Both the position numbers and the translations under genes were made by a program. Under the pieces are notes generated by a model. That model saw nothing but the letters and a program-made list of their open reading frames with translations, was not told the origin of the DNA and searched no databases. Shown piece by piece: positions 1-11,041 of a DNA stretch of 64,000 bases (its first letter is position 1; every line of letters begins with the position of its first letter). Source of the stretch: Takakia lepidozioides (taxonomy: Eukaryota; Plantae; Bryophyta); assembly GCA_030704615.1 (NCBI GenBank), contig CM060731.1:19530001-19594000 (forward strand), written 5' to 3'.

Positions 1-3000
1 CATGCCTCTGCACAAATCATGCATTCATCTTTGCCCTTGCTGCTAGCAGCTGACAATGACAACCTAGGAAACACCCAATCACACTAGTTCCTATGTTGAA
101 TTGCGTCTGCTACTCTTTGTCATCTAATAGGCATTCAACTTTTTGCCTTGGTTGTTCCACCATTCACTGGGGTCAACAAAGTATTCATTCCACACCTTCT
201 CCTCATCTCTGTTATCTGTTTTGGATACTTTCCTGCTGCCACATCGGCAGTTACTTGTCATAGTCATTTCAAACCACCACAGATCCTCCCAACGAGCTAA
301 CTTACAGAATTCAATATGCATCTCAGGGCCGAGTCTAATGAGAGGGCAAAACAGGCTGAAATAGTCGAAGAAGAAGGTGCCCTCACACATTGTCCTTGAC
401 AATTCAATATGTAAAGCCGAGTCTGATGAGAGGGAAAAACAGGCTGAAATAGGTCGAAGAAGAAGGTGCCCTCACCACATTCTCCAAGGCCTCCATACCA
501 CGCCCCTGCTGTGCACACCCTGCAAGCATCGTGTTCCACGTGATGAAAGATCGTTGAGGCATTCTGTTGAACACTTGGTGAGCATCCATGATGCTCCCGC
601 ACATAACATACATGTTGACAAGGTGTTGACTAGAAAAATATTTGGCGTGCACTTTGGATAATGTGAGTGTGCACCTGCTTTCTAGCTTCACTTGGCCTTT
701 CATCTTGATGCACTTATGCAAGAGACAGACATATGTATCTGAATCTGCTGAAATGCCTCCTTGGTTTAAAGTCAGTAGAGCCTCTTTCAGTCTGCCTGCC
801 TCACAAAGCATCTTCACATGCCCATAAGTGCCAGAAGAGGCATTGTGGACTCCCTCTCTTGATCCTCTTCCAGAAGTTGTGGTCATGGTTGAGGTGCCTG
901 ACTTTATCAACTGTGCCGCTGCAGCTGCTGCCTTTGGCGATGCAACCATGCACCTCTTTGCATCTGGTAATCTGACAGGCATTCACTTGGTACAATTTAG
1001 CTCTGAAGATGTCGCCATGTGGACCTCTTTCCCCTTTTCCAAAGCTGCCAGGGCAGTGTTCAGATTGACATTTGGTACAATTCCAGCTTTGATGATATCC
1101 CCATGCACCTCTTTGCCTTCTCCAGGCCAGCTGCTAGGCTTGCACAAGCATTGCAAATGCACACAAACATGATGTGCTTCCATTGCTCATAGGTCTCCAA
1201 AGCCTCCATTCCACATCCTTGCTGTGCATACCCTGCAAGCACATCATATCGCACTCCACGACACCACATGTCGTTCAGCCATAGTGTCAAACACTCCCTT
1301 TGCATCCTAGATGCACCCACATTTTGCAAACATGTTCACCAGGGTATTGTTCAGAATGTCATCTGGTACAATTCCAGCTCTGAAGATGTCGCCATGCACA
1401 TCTTTCCCCATTTCCAAAGCTGCCAGGGCAGTGTTCAGATTGACATTTGGCACAATTCCAGCTTTGATGATATCCCCATGCACCTCTTGCCCTTTTCTAG
1501 GGCTGCCAGGCTTGCACAAGCATTGCAAATGCACACAAACATGATGTGCTTCCCCCATCATTTGCTCATAGCTCTCCAAAGCCTCCATCCCACTTTCCTA
1601 CCGTGCATACCCTGCAAGCATCACACTCCACGACACCACATCTCGTTCAGCCATAGTGTCGAACACTCCCTTTGCATCCTAGATGCACCCACATTTTGCA
1701 AACATGTTTACCAGGGTATTGTTCAGAATGACATCTGGTACAATTCCAACTCTGAAGATGTCGCCATGGACCTCTTTTCTCTTTTCCAAAGCTGCTAGGG
1801 CAGTGTTCAGATTGACATTTGGCACAATTCCAGCTTTGATGATATCCCCATGCACCTCTTGCCCTTCTCCAAGGCTGCCAGGCTTGCACAAGCATTGCAA
1901 ATGCACACAAACCTGATGTGCTTCCCCCATCATTTGCTCATAGGTCTCCAAACCCTCCATCCCACGTCCCTGCCGTGCATACCTTGTAAGCATCGCACTC
2001 CGTGACACCACATCTCGTTCAGCCATAGTGTCAAACACTCCCTTTGCATCCTAGATCCTAGATCCCTTTGCACCCACATTTTGCAAACATGTCCACCAAG
2101 GTATGGTTCAGAATGACATTTGGTACAATTCCAGCTCTGAAGATGTCGCCATGGACCTCTTTCCCCTTTTCCAGAGCTGCCAGGGCAGTGTTCATAATGA
2201 CATTTGGTACAATTCCACTTTGATGATACCCCATGCACCGCTTCGCCCTTGTCCAGGGCTCAATGCACCCACATTTTGCATACATGTCCACCAGGATATG
2301 GTTCAGAATGACATTTGGTACAATTCCAGCTTTGAAGATGTCGCCATGGACCTCTTTCCCCTTTTTCCAGAGCTGCCAGGGCAGTGTTCATAATGACATT
2401 TGGTACAATTCCAGCTTTGACAATACCCCATGCACCTCTTTGCCCTCGTCCAGGCTCGATGCACCACATTTCGCATACATGTCCACCAGGGTATGGTTCA
2501 GACTGACATTTGGTACAATTCCAGCTCTGAAGCCAAGACAGATTTCAAGCACTAAGATTACATATAATTCCATGTGGATCTAGAGCTACAAGAAACCTGC
2601 ATGCGTAGATGGTCAACTAAAGGCAGCAGCTGCAGCGGCATAGTTGATAAAATCAGGCACCTCAACCATGACCACAACCTCTAGAAGAGGATCAAGAGAG
2701 GGAGTCCACAATGCCTCTTCTGGCACTTCTGGACATGTTAAGATGCTTTGTGAGGCAGGCAGACTGAAAGAGGCTCTACAGACTTTAAACCAAGGAGGCA
2801 TTTCACCATGGCGACATGGTCAGAGTTGCAGTCGTACCAAATGTCATTCTGAACAATACGGGTCCTCGTGGACATATATGAAGGGAGTGTTCAACAGTAT
2901 GGCTGAACAAGATGTGGTGTCGTGGAGTGCGATGATTGCAGGATATGCAGAGCAAGGGCGCGGGATGGAGGCTTTGGAGACCTATGAGCCAATGACGTGC

Positions 3001-4760
3001 GGAGGGGGTGAAGCCCAACCACATTACGTTTGTTTTCATTTGCAATGCGTGTGCAAGCCTGGCAGCCCTGGAAAAGTGCCAAGAGGTCCATGGTGATTTC
3101 CCCTTTTCCAGAGCTCCCAGGCTTGCACACGCATTGCAAATACAAACAAATGTGAATTTCACCCCTTCGCCCATCATTTGCTCATAGGTCTCCAAAGCCT
3201 CCATCCCGCACCCTTGCTGTGCATATCTTGCAATCATCACACACCACGACACCACATCACGTTCAGCCATACTGTCAACCACTCCATTTGCATCCTCGAT
3301 GCACCCACATTTGACATACATGTCCACTAGGGCAGTGTTCAGAATGACATCGAAAACAATTCCAGATTTGATAATGGTCCATGGTGACATCGGTCAAAGC
3401 TGGAATTGCACCAGATGTCATTCTGAACACTGCCTTGACCTGGACATGTATGCCAAATGTGGATGCATTGAGGATGCAAAGGGAGTTTTCGACACTATGG
3501 CTAAACAAGATGTGGTGTTGTGGAGTGCGATGCTTGCAGGGTATACACAACAGGGACGTGGGATGGAGGCTGTGGAGACCTATGATCCAATGATGGGGGA
3601 GGGGGTGAAGCCCGGCCACTTTGTGTGCATTTGCAATGCTTGTGCAAGCCTGGCAGCCCTGGACAAGGGCAAAGAGGTGCATGGGGATATCATCAAAGCT
3701 GGAATTGTACCAAATGTCATTCTGAACACTGCCCTAGCAGCTCTGGAAAAGGGGAAAGAGGTCCGTGCAGCTGAGCAGGCATAGATTGAAACACGGTTTG
3801 CTAAGACCGAGCTGACTCTCCCAAGAACCTTGTAAACATAATTAGGAAGAATATCAAATCATGGTGCTAACAGGAGCCAAGAGCCCATATGTGGAGGATG
3901 GACAAACTTCTTCACATTGTACATTAAGACCACACCTTGCGATTGCGGTTGTACATATGAATGACATATGATACAATTCCAGCTTTGGCGATGTCACCAC
4001 GGACCTCTTTCCCCTTTTCCAGAGCTCCCAGGCTTGCACACGCATTGCAAACACAAACAAATGTGATGTGGTTGGGCTTCACCCCTTCGCATAGAATTTG
4101 ATCATAGGTCTCAAAAACATTCCTACCACACCCATGCTTGGTAAATCCTGCCAACATTATATTCCACGTGATCAAGATCGTTGAGGCATTCTGTTGAATG
4201 CTTGGTGAGCATCCATGATGCTCCCGTCCTTAACGTACATGTTGACAAGGGTGTTGAGTAGAAAAACATTTGGCGTGAATCCACTTTGGATAATGTGCAT
4301 GTGCACCTGCTTTCCAGCTTCCAGACCTTTCATCTTGATGCACTTAAGCAAGAGACAGACATAGGTATCTGAATCTGCTGAAATACCTCCTTGGTTTGAA
4401 GTCTGTAGAGCCTCTGTCAGTCTTCCTGCCTCACAAAGCATCTTCACATGCGCAGAAGTGCCAGAAGAGGCATTGTGGACTCCCTCTCTTGATCCTCTTT
4501 CAGAAGCTGCGGTCATCGTTGAGGTGAGCATTCCAGAGCTTATCCTCGTCTCTCTTATCTGTTTTTCGATTCTTTCTTTTTGCCACATTGGCAGTAACAT
4601 GTCAAAATCACTCCCAAACCACCATAGATCCACCAACGAGCTAACTTGCAAAGTTCAACATCAAAATTTAGGACGACTCTGATAACAGGCATCTCAGAGC
4701 CGAGTCCGATGAGAGGCAAAACAGGCTGAAAATAGGTCGAAGAAGAAGGTGCCCTCACCA
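1..4760. pseudogene. Scrambled cluster of PDF-PPR(PLS) gene fragments in alternating orientation (about - 1-2535, + 2535-3095, - 3095-3380, + 3380-3765, - 3765-4760)
   Basis: Many short, frameshifted ORFs carry P/L/S motif pieces (MYAKCG, VVSWSAMIAGY, EVHGDIIKAG), the linker 'MLCEAGRLKEAL', PDF halves (WNEYFVDPSEWW at about 140-200; DFKH..KKPA at about 2540-2610) and intron pieces, all paralogous to 6272-10677. Confidence 0.9.
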
Positions 4761-4821
4761 CATTGCGTGAAACCCTCTGCGCTCGAGCACACGGGGGCAT
4801 CCATTCCCCGCGCTGCTTTTC

Positions 4822-4999
4822 GGGCATTTCGGGCAGGTTCCAAAGAAATTGTCGACGACGATGACGTGTCTACGATGACCTGGCTACGATGACGTGTCTA
4901 CGATGATGTGGCGACGAAACGTGGTGATGATGATGTGGCACTATGACACCCTATTCCTGCTCTACGCTAAACTAGCTTCCGACCTTTGGTCATTGCTAG
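4822..4999 (+). repeat. Element shared with 36867-37044; 14-bp GATGACGTG tandem units, then a hairpin and a CTAG end (possible Helitron/Helentron terminus)
   Basis: Direct similarity of ...GATGACGTGGCACTATG.CACCCT.TTCCTGCTCTACGCTAAACTAGCTTCCGACCTT.GGT...CTAG in both places. Homology stops just after CTAG. Confidence 0.55.
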
Positions 5000-5018
5000 A
5001 AATACGAGGGCTGTGAGA

Positions 5019-5043
5019 GTTTTTTTTTTTTTTTTTTTTTTTT
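5019..5043. repeat. Poly(T) tract
   Basis: Run of about 25 T. Confidence 0.9.
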
Positions 5044-6271
5044 CTTTCCTTCCGTAAGTGCAAGGATAGGGAGATGTTTGTGAGGGTATGTAGGGACTCT
5101 ATCATATTCACTACACTATCTTCTTAAATTCAGAACGCATAGACGGTAGCATATATCGCGATGAGACTAATTGCAATAGATAGATAATTTTACATATAAA
5201 ATTCAGCAGCATAGGTCAAGTGATACAAACATCAGGGTTCACATGTCCGAAAATACATAGGAATGTACGGTTCTTGATTAGTAAATGCTTCGCTAAAACG
5301 ATTAACATATGCGATATTAAGATCCAGTGGCGCTTGTATACAAAAATAGATAGCTTGTGCTCATAGTGATTACTCTCGCTAGGAAACTTTTGGAAAAGTT
5401 TTGCAATTCATCTTGTGTGAGCACAATTTGTTTCGCCATAGCATCTTTGAAAAACTATTCAACGAATGTACCCAATATTCGGTGTGAGATCCTGAACACA
5501 TTCTACCCAACTTCTCTATCATACAACCGACTTCCAATGCACCTAGCTTATCCAACCTTTTGGATTGAACTGATGCATAAATACATTTGGACAGTGTTGG
5601 GCGAATATTAAATTAACTGTACGGCATAGATATTGGCCAGGTATAGAATCTTTTTCACATTTCATATCCGCCCGTTATGCATCCAACCTGGTACCTAAAA
5701 TATTCGGGTCCGGTCTGGATACCTTGATATCTGGGTTGATATCTTGACGACTCTATATATATTGGCCCAACACAGAATATCAGTAAGATAATAAGACCAT
5801 AAGAGCTCTCTGCTCTGCACCACTCCGGGTGACAAACCGGGGTTACATCACCATGGCTCACGCTCTGGGTAGGGTTTGACTGAGCTGTGGTGTGATGGTA
5901 TTACCCATTTTGTACAGTCACCCCACTTGGGTCTTTTTATAAAGCTATACAGTGTTTTACGATGGTATTGGGTGGACTGAATTGTACCCCGAGTTATTGA
6001 CTCAAGTCAGAATCTCGTTTTGCTCTGCAAACACTGCCTTTACTGTCCATACAGTATCGAGCTTCTTCTTCCTGAGCAGAGCATCAAACTAGGATGCGCA
6101 AGGTCTTTTCCCGGGAGTTGGAAAGGTACTTGGGAGGGTTGAGACTGTGGCTGCTCAGCTGCTTCCTGCTCGTTTTCACAGACCACTCCAAAATTTCCAA
6201 ACACACACATAAGTTGGTTTAGCGCCGGTGTAAGCTTGGATGTGTTCGTATATTCTCCATTGTAGAGTCCA

Positions 6272-9200
6272 ATGGAGCCCAAAGTGACTTGCATGAATGT
6301 TGTTGAAATCTCACTAGCACCCCTCCGTCAAGGAACTTGTCAAAATGTTGATGCCGTCGGATTTTCGGGCGCAAAGGTCTACCGTGGAACATGGAGCAGA
6401 GCTGGCATGAATTTTTGGCGGGACACCCGCACGCAAGGTGTGGCTTTCTTAATGTAAGATGTGAAGAATTTTGTCCATCCTGCAAATGGGCTCCTCCTGT
6501 TGGTATCATAATTTGGTAAATTTGCTGATGTTACAAGGTACTTGGGAGGGTCAGCTTGGTCTTAGGAGGCCGTGTTTCAATCTACGGCTGCTCAGCTGCA
6601 CCGTGGTTGATGGTCGGTTGATTCCTCCATGGGTCATGACACAAGGTCAAGGGCAATGTGGTGAGGGCACCTTCTTCTTTAACATATTTCTGCCTGTTTT
6701 TCCCTATTATCAGAATCGTCCTTGATTTTTCATGTTGAATTCTGCGAGTAAGCTCGTTGGGTGGATCCCTGGTTGTTTGGAGTGATTTTGACATGTTACT
6801 GCCGATGTGGCAACAGGAAAGTATCCAAAAACAGATAACAGAGACAGAGACGAGGGGAAGCTTTGGAATGCATATTTCTCCGACCCCAGTCAATGGTGGG
6901 ACCGCCGAGGCAAAAAGGTGAACGCCTGTTAGATTACAGAGAGAAGCAGACAGCAAGATGCACTGCAAAGCTTTGCTGGAAAGTGTCATCCTCTCTCTCC
7001 CCAACATATTTTAAACTCTTGGGAGCAATTCAGCAGAGGAACTAGTGTATGATAAGTAGGGTTGGGGTGTTTGTTAGAACAAATGTAGGTTGTCATTGTC
7101 AGCTGCTAGCAGCAAGGCAAGGATCTATACATGACTGGTGCAGATGCAGGGATAGCTGAAGGAGCAGGGATAGAGTGTGGGTCCAGATTCACGAAAGAGG
7201 ACCAGATTTCAAGCACAAGATTACCCATGATTCCCTGTTGAACGATAGCCACAAGAAACCTGCATGGATAGATGGTCAACTGCAAGCAGCGGCGGCACAA
7301 TTGATAAAATCAGGCACTGCTAATGAAGGCTTGTTCTTCAATACATTTGAGCCTGTTTTGCCTTCTTATCAGAGTCGTCCCCAATTTTTCATGTTGAATT
7401 CTGCTAGTTAGCTTGTTGGTTGATTTGGAGTGATTTTGACATGTAACTGCCAATGTGGCACCAGAAAAGTATCCAAAAACAGATAACCGAGACAAGGAGA
7501 AGCTTTGGAATGAATATTTTTCTGACCCCAGTCAATGGTGGGACAATCCAGGCAAAAAGGTGAATGCCTGTTCGATTACAGAGAGACGCATATGGAAGTC
7601 AGAATAGGAACTAGTGTGTGATAAGTAGGGTTGGGGTATTTGCTAGAACAAGTTAGGCTGTCACTGTCTTCTAGCAGCAAGGCAAGGATGTATGCATGAC
7701 TGGTGCAAAGGCAGGGATAGCTGAAGGAGCAGGGATAGAGTGTGGGTCCAGATTCATCCAAGAGGGCCCGATTTCAAGCACAAGATTACGTATGATTCCC
7801 TGTGGATCAATAGCTACAAGAAACCTGCATGGGTAGATTGCCAACTGGCAGGAGCAGTGGCAGCGGCACAGATGATAAAATCAGGCACCTCGACCATGAC
7901 CACAGCTTCCCAAAGAGGACCAAGAGAGGGAGTCCACAATGCCTCTTCTGGCACTTCTGGGCACGTGAGGATGCTCTGTGAGGCAGGGCGACTGAAAGAG
8001 GCTCTACAGACTTTAAACCAAGGAGGCATTTCAGCAGATTCAGATACTTATGTCTGTCTCTTGCGTAAGTGCATCAAGATGAAAGGCCTGGAAGCTGGAA
8101 AGCAGGTGCATGCTCACATTATCCAAAGTGGATTCAAGCCAAACGTTTTTCTACACAACACCCTCGTCAACATGTATGTTAAGTGTGGGAGCATTGTGGA
8201 TGCTCACCAAGTGTTCAACAGAATGCCTCGACGATGTTTGATCACGTGGAATATAATGATGGCAGGATTTACCAAGCATGGGTATGGTAGGAATGCTTTG
8301 GAGACATATGAGCAAATGATGCGGGAAGGGGTGAAGCCCAACCACATCACGTTTGTCTGCGTCTGCAATGCGTGTGCGAGCCTGGCAGCCCTGGAAAAGG
8401 GCAAAGAGGTCCATGGTGACCTCATCAAAGCTGGAATTGTACCAGATGTCATTCTGAACAGTACCCTTGTGGACATGTATGCCAAATGTGGGTGCATTGA
8501 GGATGCAAAGGGAGTGTTCGACAATATGGCTGAACGAAATGTGGTGTCGTGGAGTGCGATGATCGCAGGATATGTACAGCAAGGGTTTGGGATGGAGGCT
8601 TTGGAGACCTATGAGCACATGATGCGGGAAGGGGTGAAGCCTGACCGGATCATGTTTGTTTGCGTTTGCAATGCGTGTGCGAGCCTGGCAGCCCTGGAAA
8701 AGGCCAAAGAAGTCCATGGTGACATCATCAAAGCTGGAATTGTACCAAATGTTGTTCTGAACACTGCTCTGATGAACATGTATGCCAAATGTGGGAGCAT
8801 CGATGATGCAAAGCGAGTGTTTGACGATATGGCGGAACGAGATGTGGTGTCGTGGAATGCAATGATGGCAGGATATTCACAGCGGGGGTGTGGGATGGAG
8901 GCTTTGGAGACCTATGAGCAAATGATGCGTGAAGGGGTGAAGCCCGACCACATCACGTTTGTTTGTGTTTGCAATGCGTGTGCGAGCCTGGCAGCCCTGG
9001 AAATGGGCAAGGTGTTTCATGGTGACATCGTCAAAGCTGGACTTGTACCAGATGTCATTCTGAATAATAGCCTTGTGGACATGTATGCCAAATGTGGGAG
9101 CATCGAGGATGCAAAGGGAGTGTTTGACAATATGACTGAACGAGATGCAGTGTCCTGGAACACGATGATTGCAGGATATGGACAGCAGGGGCGTGGGATG

Positions 9201-10677
9201 GAGGCTTTGGAGACCTATGAGAAAATGATGCAGGAAGGGGTGAAGCCCAAACACATCACGTTTGTTTGTGTTTGCAATGCGTGTGCAAGCTTGGCAGCCC
9301 TGGAAAAGGGCAAGGGGGTCCATGGTGACATTGTCAAAGCTGGAATTGTACCAGATGTCATCCTGAACAGTACCCTCGTGGACATGTATGCCAAATGTGG
9401 GTGCATCGAGGATGCAAAGGGAGTGTTCGACAATATGGCTGAACGAAATGGTGTCGTCGTGGAGCGCAATGATCACAGGATATGCACAGCAGGGGCGCGG
9501 GTTGGAGGCTTTGGAGACCTATGAGCAAATGATGTGGGAAGGGGTGAAGCCTGACCACATCACGTTTGTTTGCGTTTGCAATGCGTGTGCAAGCCTGGCA
9601 GCTCTTGGAAAGGGCAAAAAGGTCCATGGTGACATCGTCAAAGCTGGAATTGTACCAGATGTCATTCTGAACAGTACCCTCGTGGACATGTATGCCAAAT
9701 GTGGGTGCATCAAGGGTGCAAAGGGAGTGTTCAAAAATATGCCTGAACGAGATGTGGTGTCCTGGAACGCAATGATCGCAGGGTATGCCCAGCATGGTTT
9801 TCATAGGGAGGCCCTGAAACTATTTGAAGAAATGCAAGAAGAAGGCTTGAAGCCGGACAGTATCACCTTTGTATGTGTTCTCTCTGCATGCAGCCATGCT
9901 GGCCTACTGGATGAAGGAACACGCTACTTTAATTCCCTGAGTCAAGAACATGGTGTCACTCCGACAGTGAAGCACTTTGGTTGCATGGTGGACCTTCTTG
10001 GACGTGCGGGGCAATTGGATGAGGCAGAGGACCTCATTAATAAATTGCCAATCAAACCAGATGCTGTGGTGTGGAAGGCCTTGCTTGGTGCCTGCAGAAT
10101 CCATGGCAATGTGGAGATGGCAGAACGCGCGGCAACATCTGTTCTCAGGTGCGATGAAAAGGATGCTGCGACTTATGTGTTGCTATCAAACATCTATGCC
10201 GCAGCTGGCAGGTGGGATGATAGTGCAAAGGTGAGAGAAATGATGAAGGTCAGAGGGGTTAGAAAGGAGCCAGGTTGCTGCTGCATAGAGGTTGGCAACA
10301 AGGTGCACACCTTTGTTGTAGATGACAAATTGCATCCCAAAATTAAGGAAGTCCATGCTGAGCTGAGAAGATTGTCTGGGCAGATGAAGGAGGCAGGGTA
10401 TGTGCCTGACACGCTCTTTGTATTGCATGACGTGGGGGAGGAGCAAAAGGAATTTTCTCTTTGCCACCACAGTGAGAAGTTGGCCATTGGTTTTGGGCTG
10501 ATCAGCACGGCCCCTAAGACGCCTCTCCGTCTCATCAAGAATCTTCGGGTGTGTGGTGACTGCCACACCTCCACCAAGTTCATCTCAAGGATTGTTGGCC
10601 GGGCAATTGTTGTACGGGACGCTAACCGCTTTCACCACTTTGAAGATGGGGTTTGTTCTTGTGGGGATTACTGGTGA
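6272..10677 (+). CDS. PLS-class PPR-E1-E2-DYW (PG-type) RNA editing factor with N-terminal OSB-type PDF motifs; one frameshift near 9450
   Basis: Inferred exons: 6272-6437, 6538-6660, 6817-6917, 7187-7313 (GC donor, uncertain), 7465-7559, 7752-10677. Intron phases are compatible and the product is about 1178 aa if the frameshift is corrected. It has 20 PPR motifs (L1-S1, (P1L1S1)x5, P2L2S2), E1, E2, a PG box, HSEKLA, CGDCH and a terminal DYW. ORFs 7740-9524 and 9388-10677 overlap in different frames. Confidence 0.9.
6817..7275 (+). other. PDF motif 1 (OSB/PTAC9-type ssDNA-binding motif), split by phase-0 intron 6918-7186
   Basis: Spliced translation: KLWNAYFSDPSQWWDRRGKK|IHERGPDFKHKITHDSLLNDSHKKPAWI. 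The second-half Trp is replaced by Leu. Confidence 0.75.
7465..7840 (+). other. PDF motif 2, split by phase-0 GT-AG intron 7560-7751
   Basis: Spliced translation: KLWNEYFSDPSQWWDNPGKK|IHPRGPDFKHKITYDSLWINSYKKPAWV. This matches the LWxxFFxxPxxWWDNRxxK.NP..PDFKHK.T..ALW....P.WV pattern. Confidence 0.85.
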
Positions 10678-11041
10678 AACAACATTTTTTCTGGAAAGAG
10701 GTGAGTGTCTTGCTTTACTCACTGATCTGTGTAGCTACTCAGTACATCCACCATTTCCTGAGAATATTGACAATGATATACTGTTGAGGGCATGTCCTGT
10801 GGCATATCCACAGGAGATGATAGTGGGGTCTACCCAGCATTGGTGGGGGAAGTCAGTCCAGTCCATGGAAGTTGCAACTCTTCATGTCTCCTCCACTGAT
10901 AAATATGTAAAGAAACACTCTCAATGTACAAAAGAGAATACAATTGTTGCTGTGATGCTCTCTCTCATGCTTGCTTTCAAGTATGTGAAATGAATGTTTA
11001 CATGGATATTAATACTACACATTGAGGACAGGCCTAGGCTC

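Noticed and set aside
5650-5850. Solo LTR end (TATA...GGGGTTACA) upstream of the PPR gene
   Set aside because: No partner LTR or clear 5' boundary in the window.
7814-10583. Minus-strand ORFs over the PPR gene
   Set aside because: Antisense shadows of the repetitive PPR coding frame, with no independent motifs.
10255-10677. U-to-C (KP-type) DYW variant
   Set aside because: It has a PG box, HSEKLA and a terminal DYW, so it is the standard C-to-U type.
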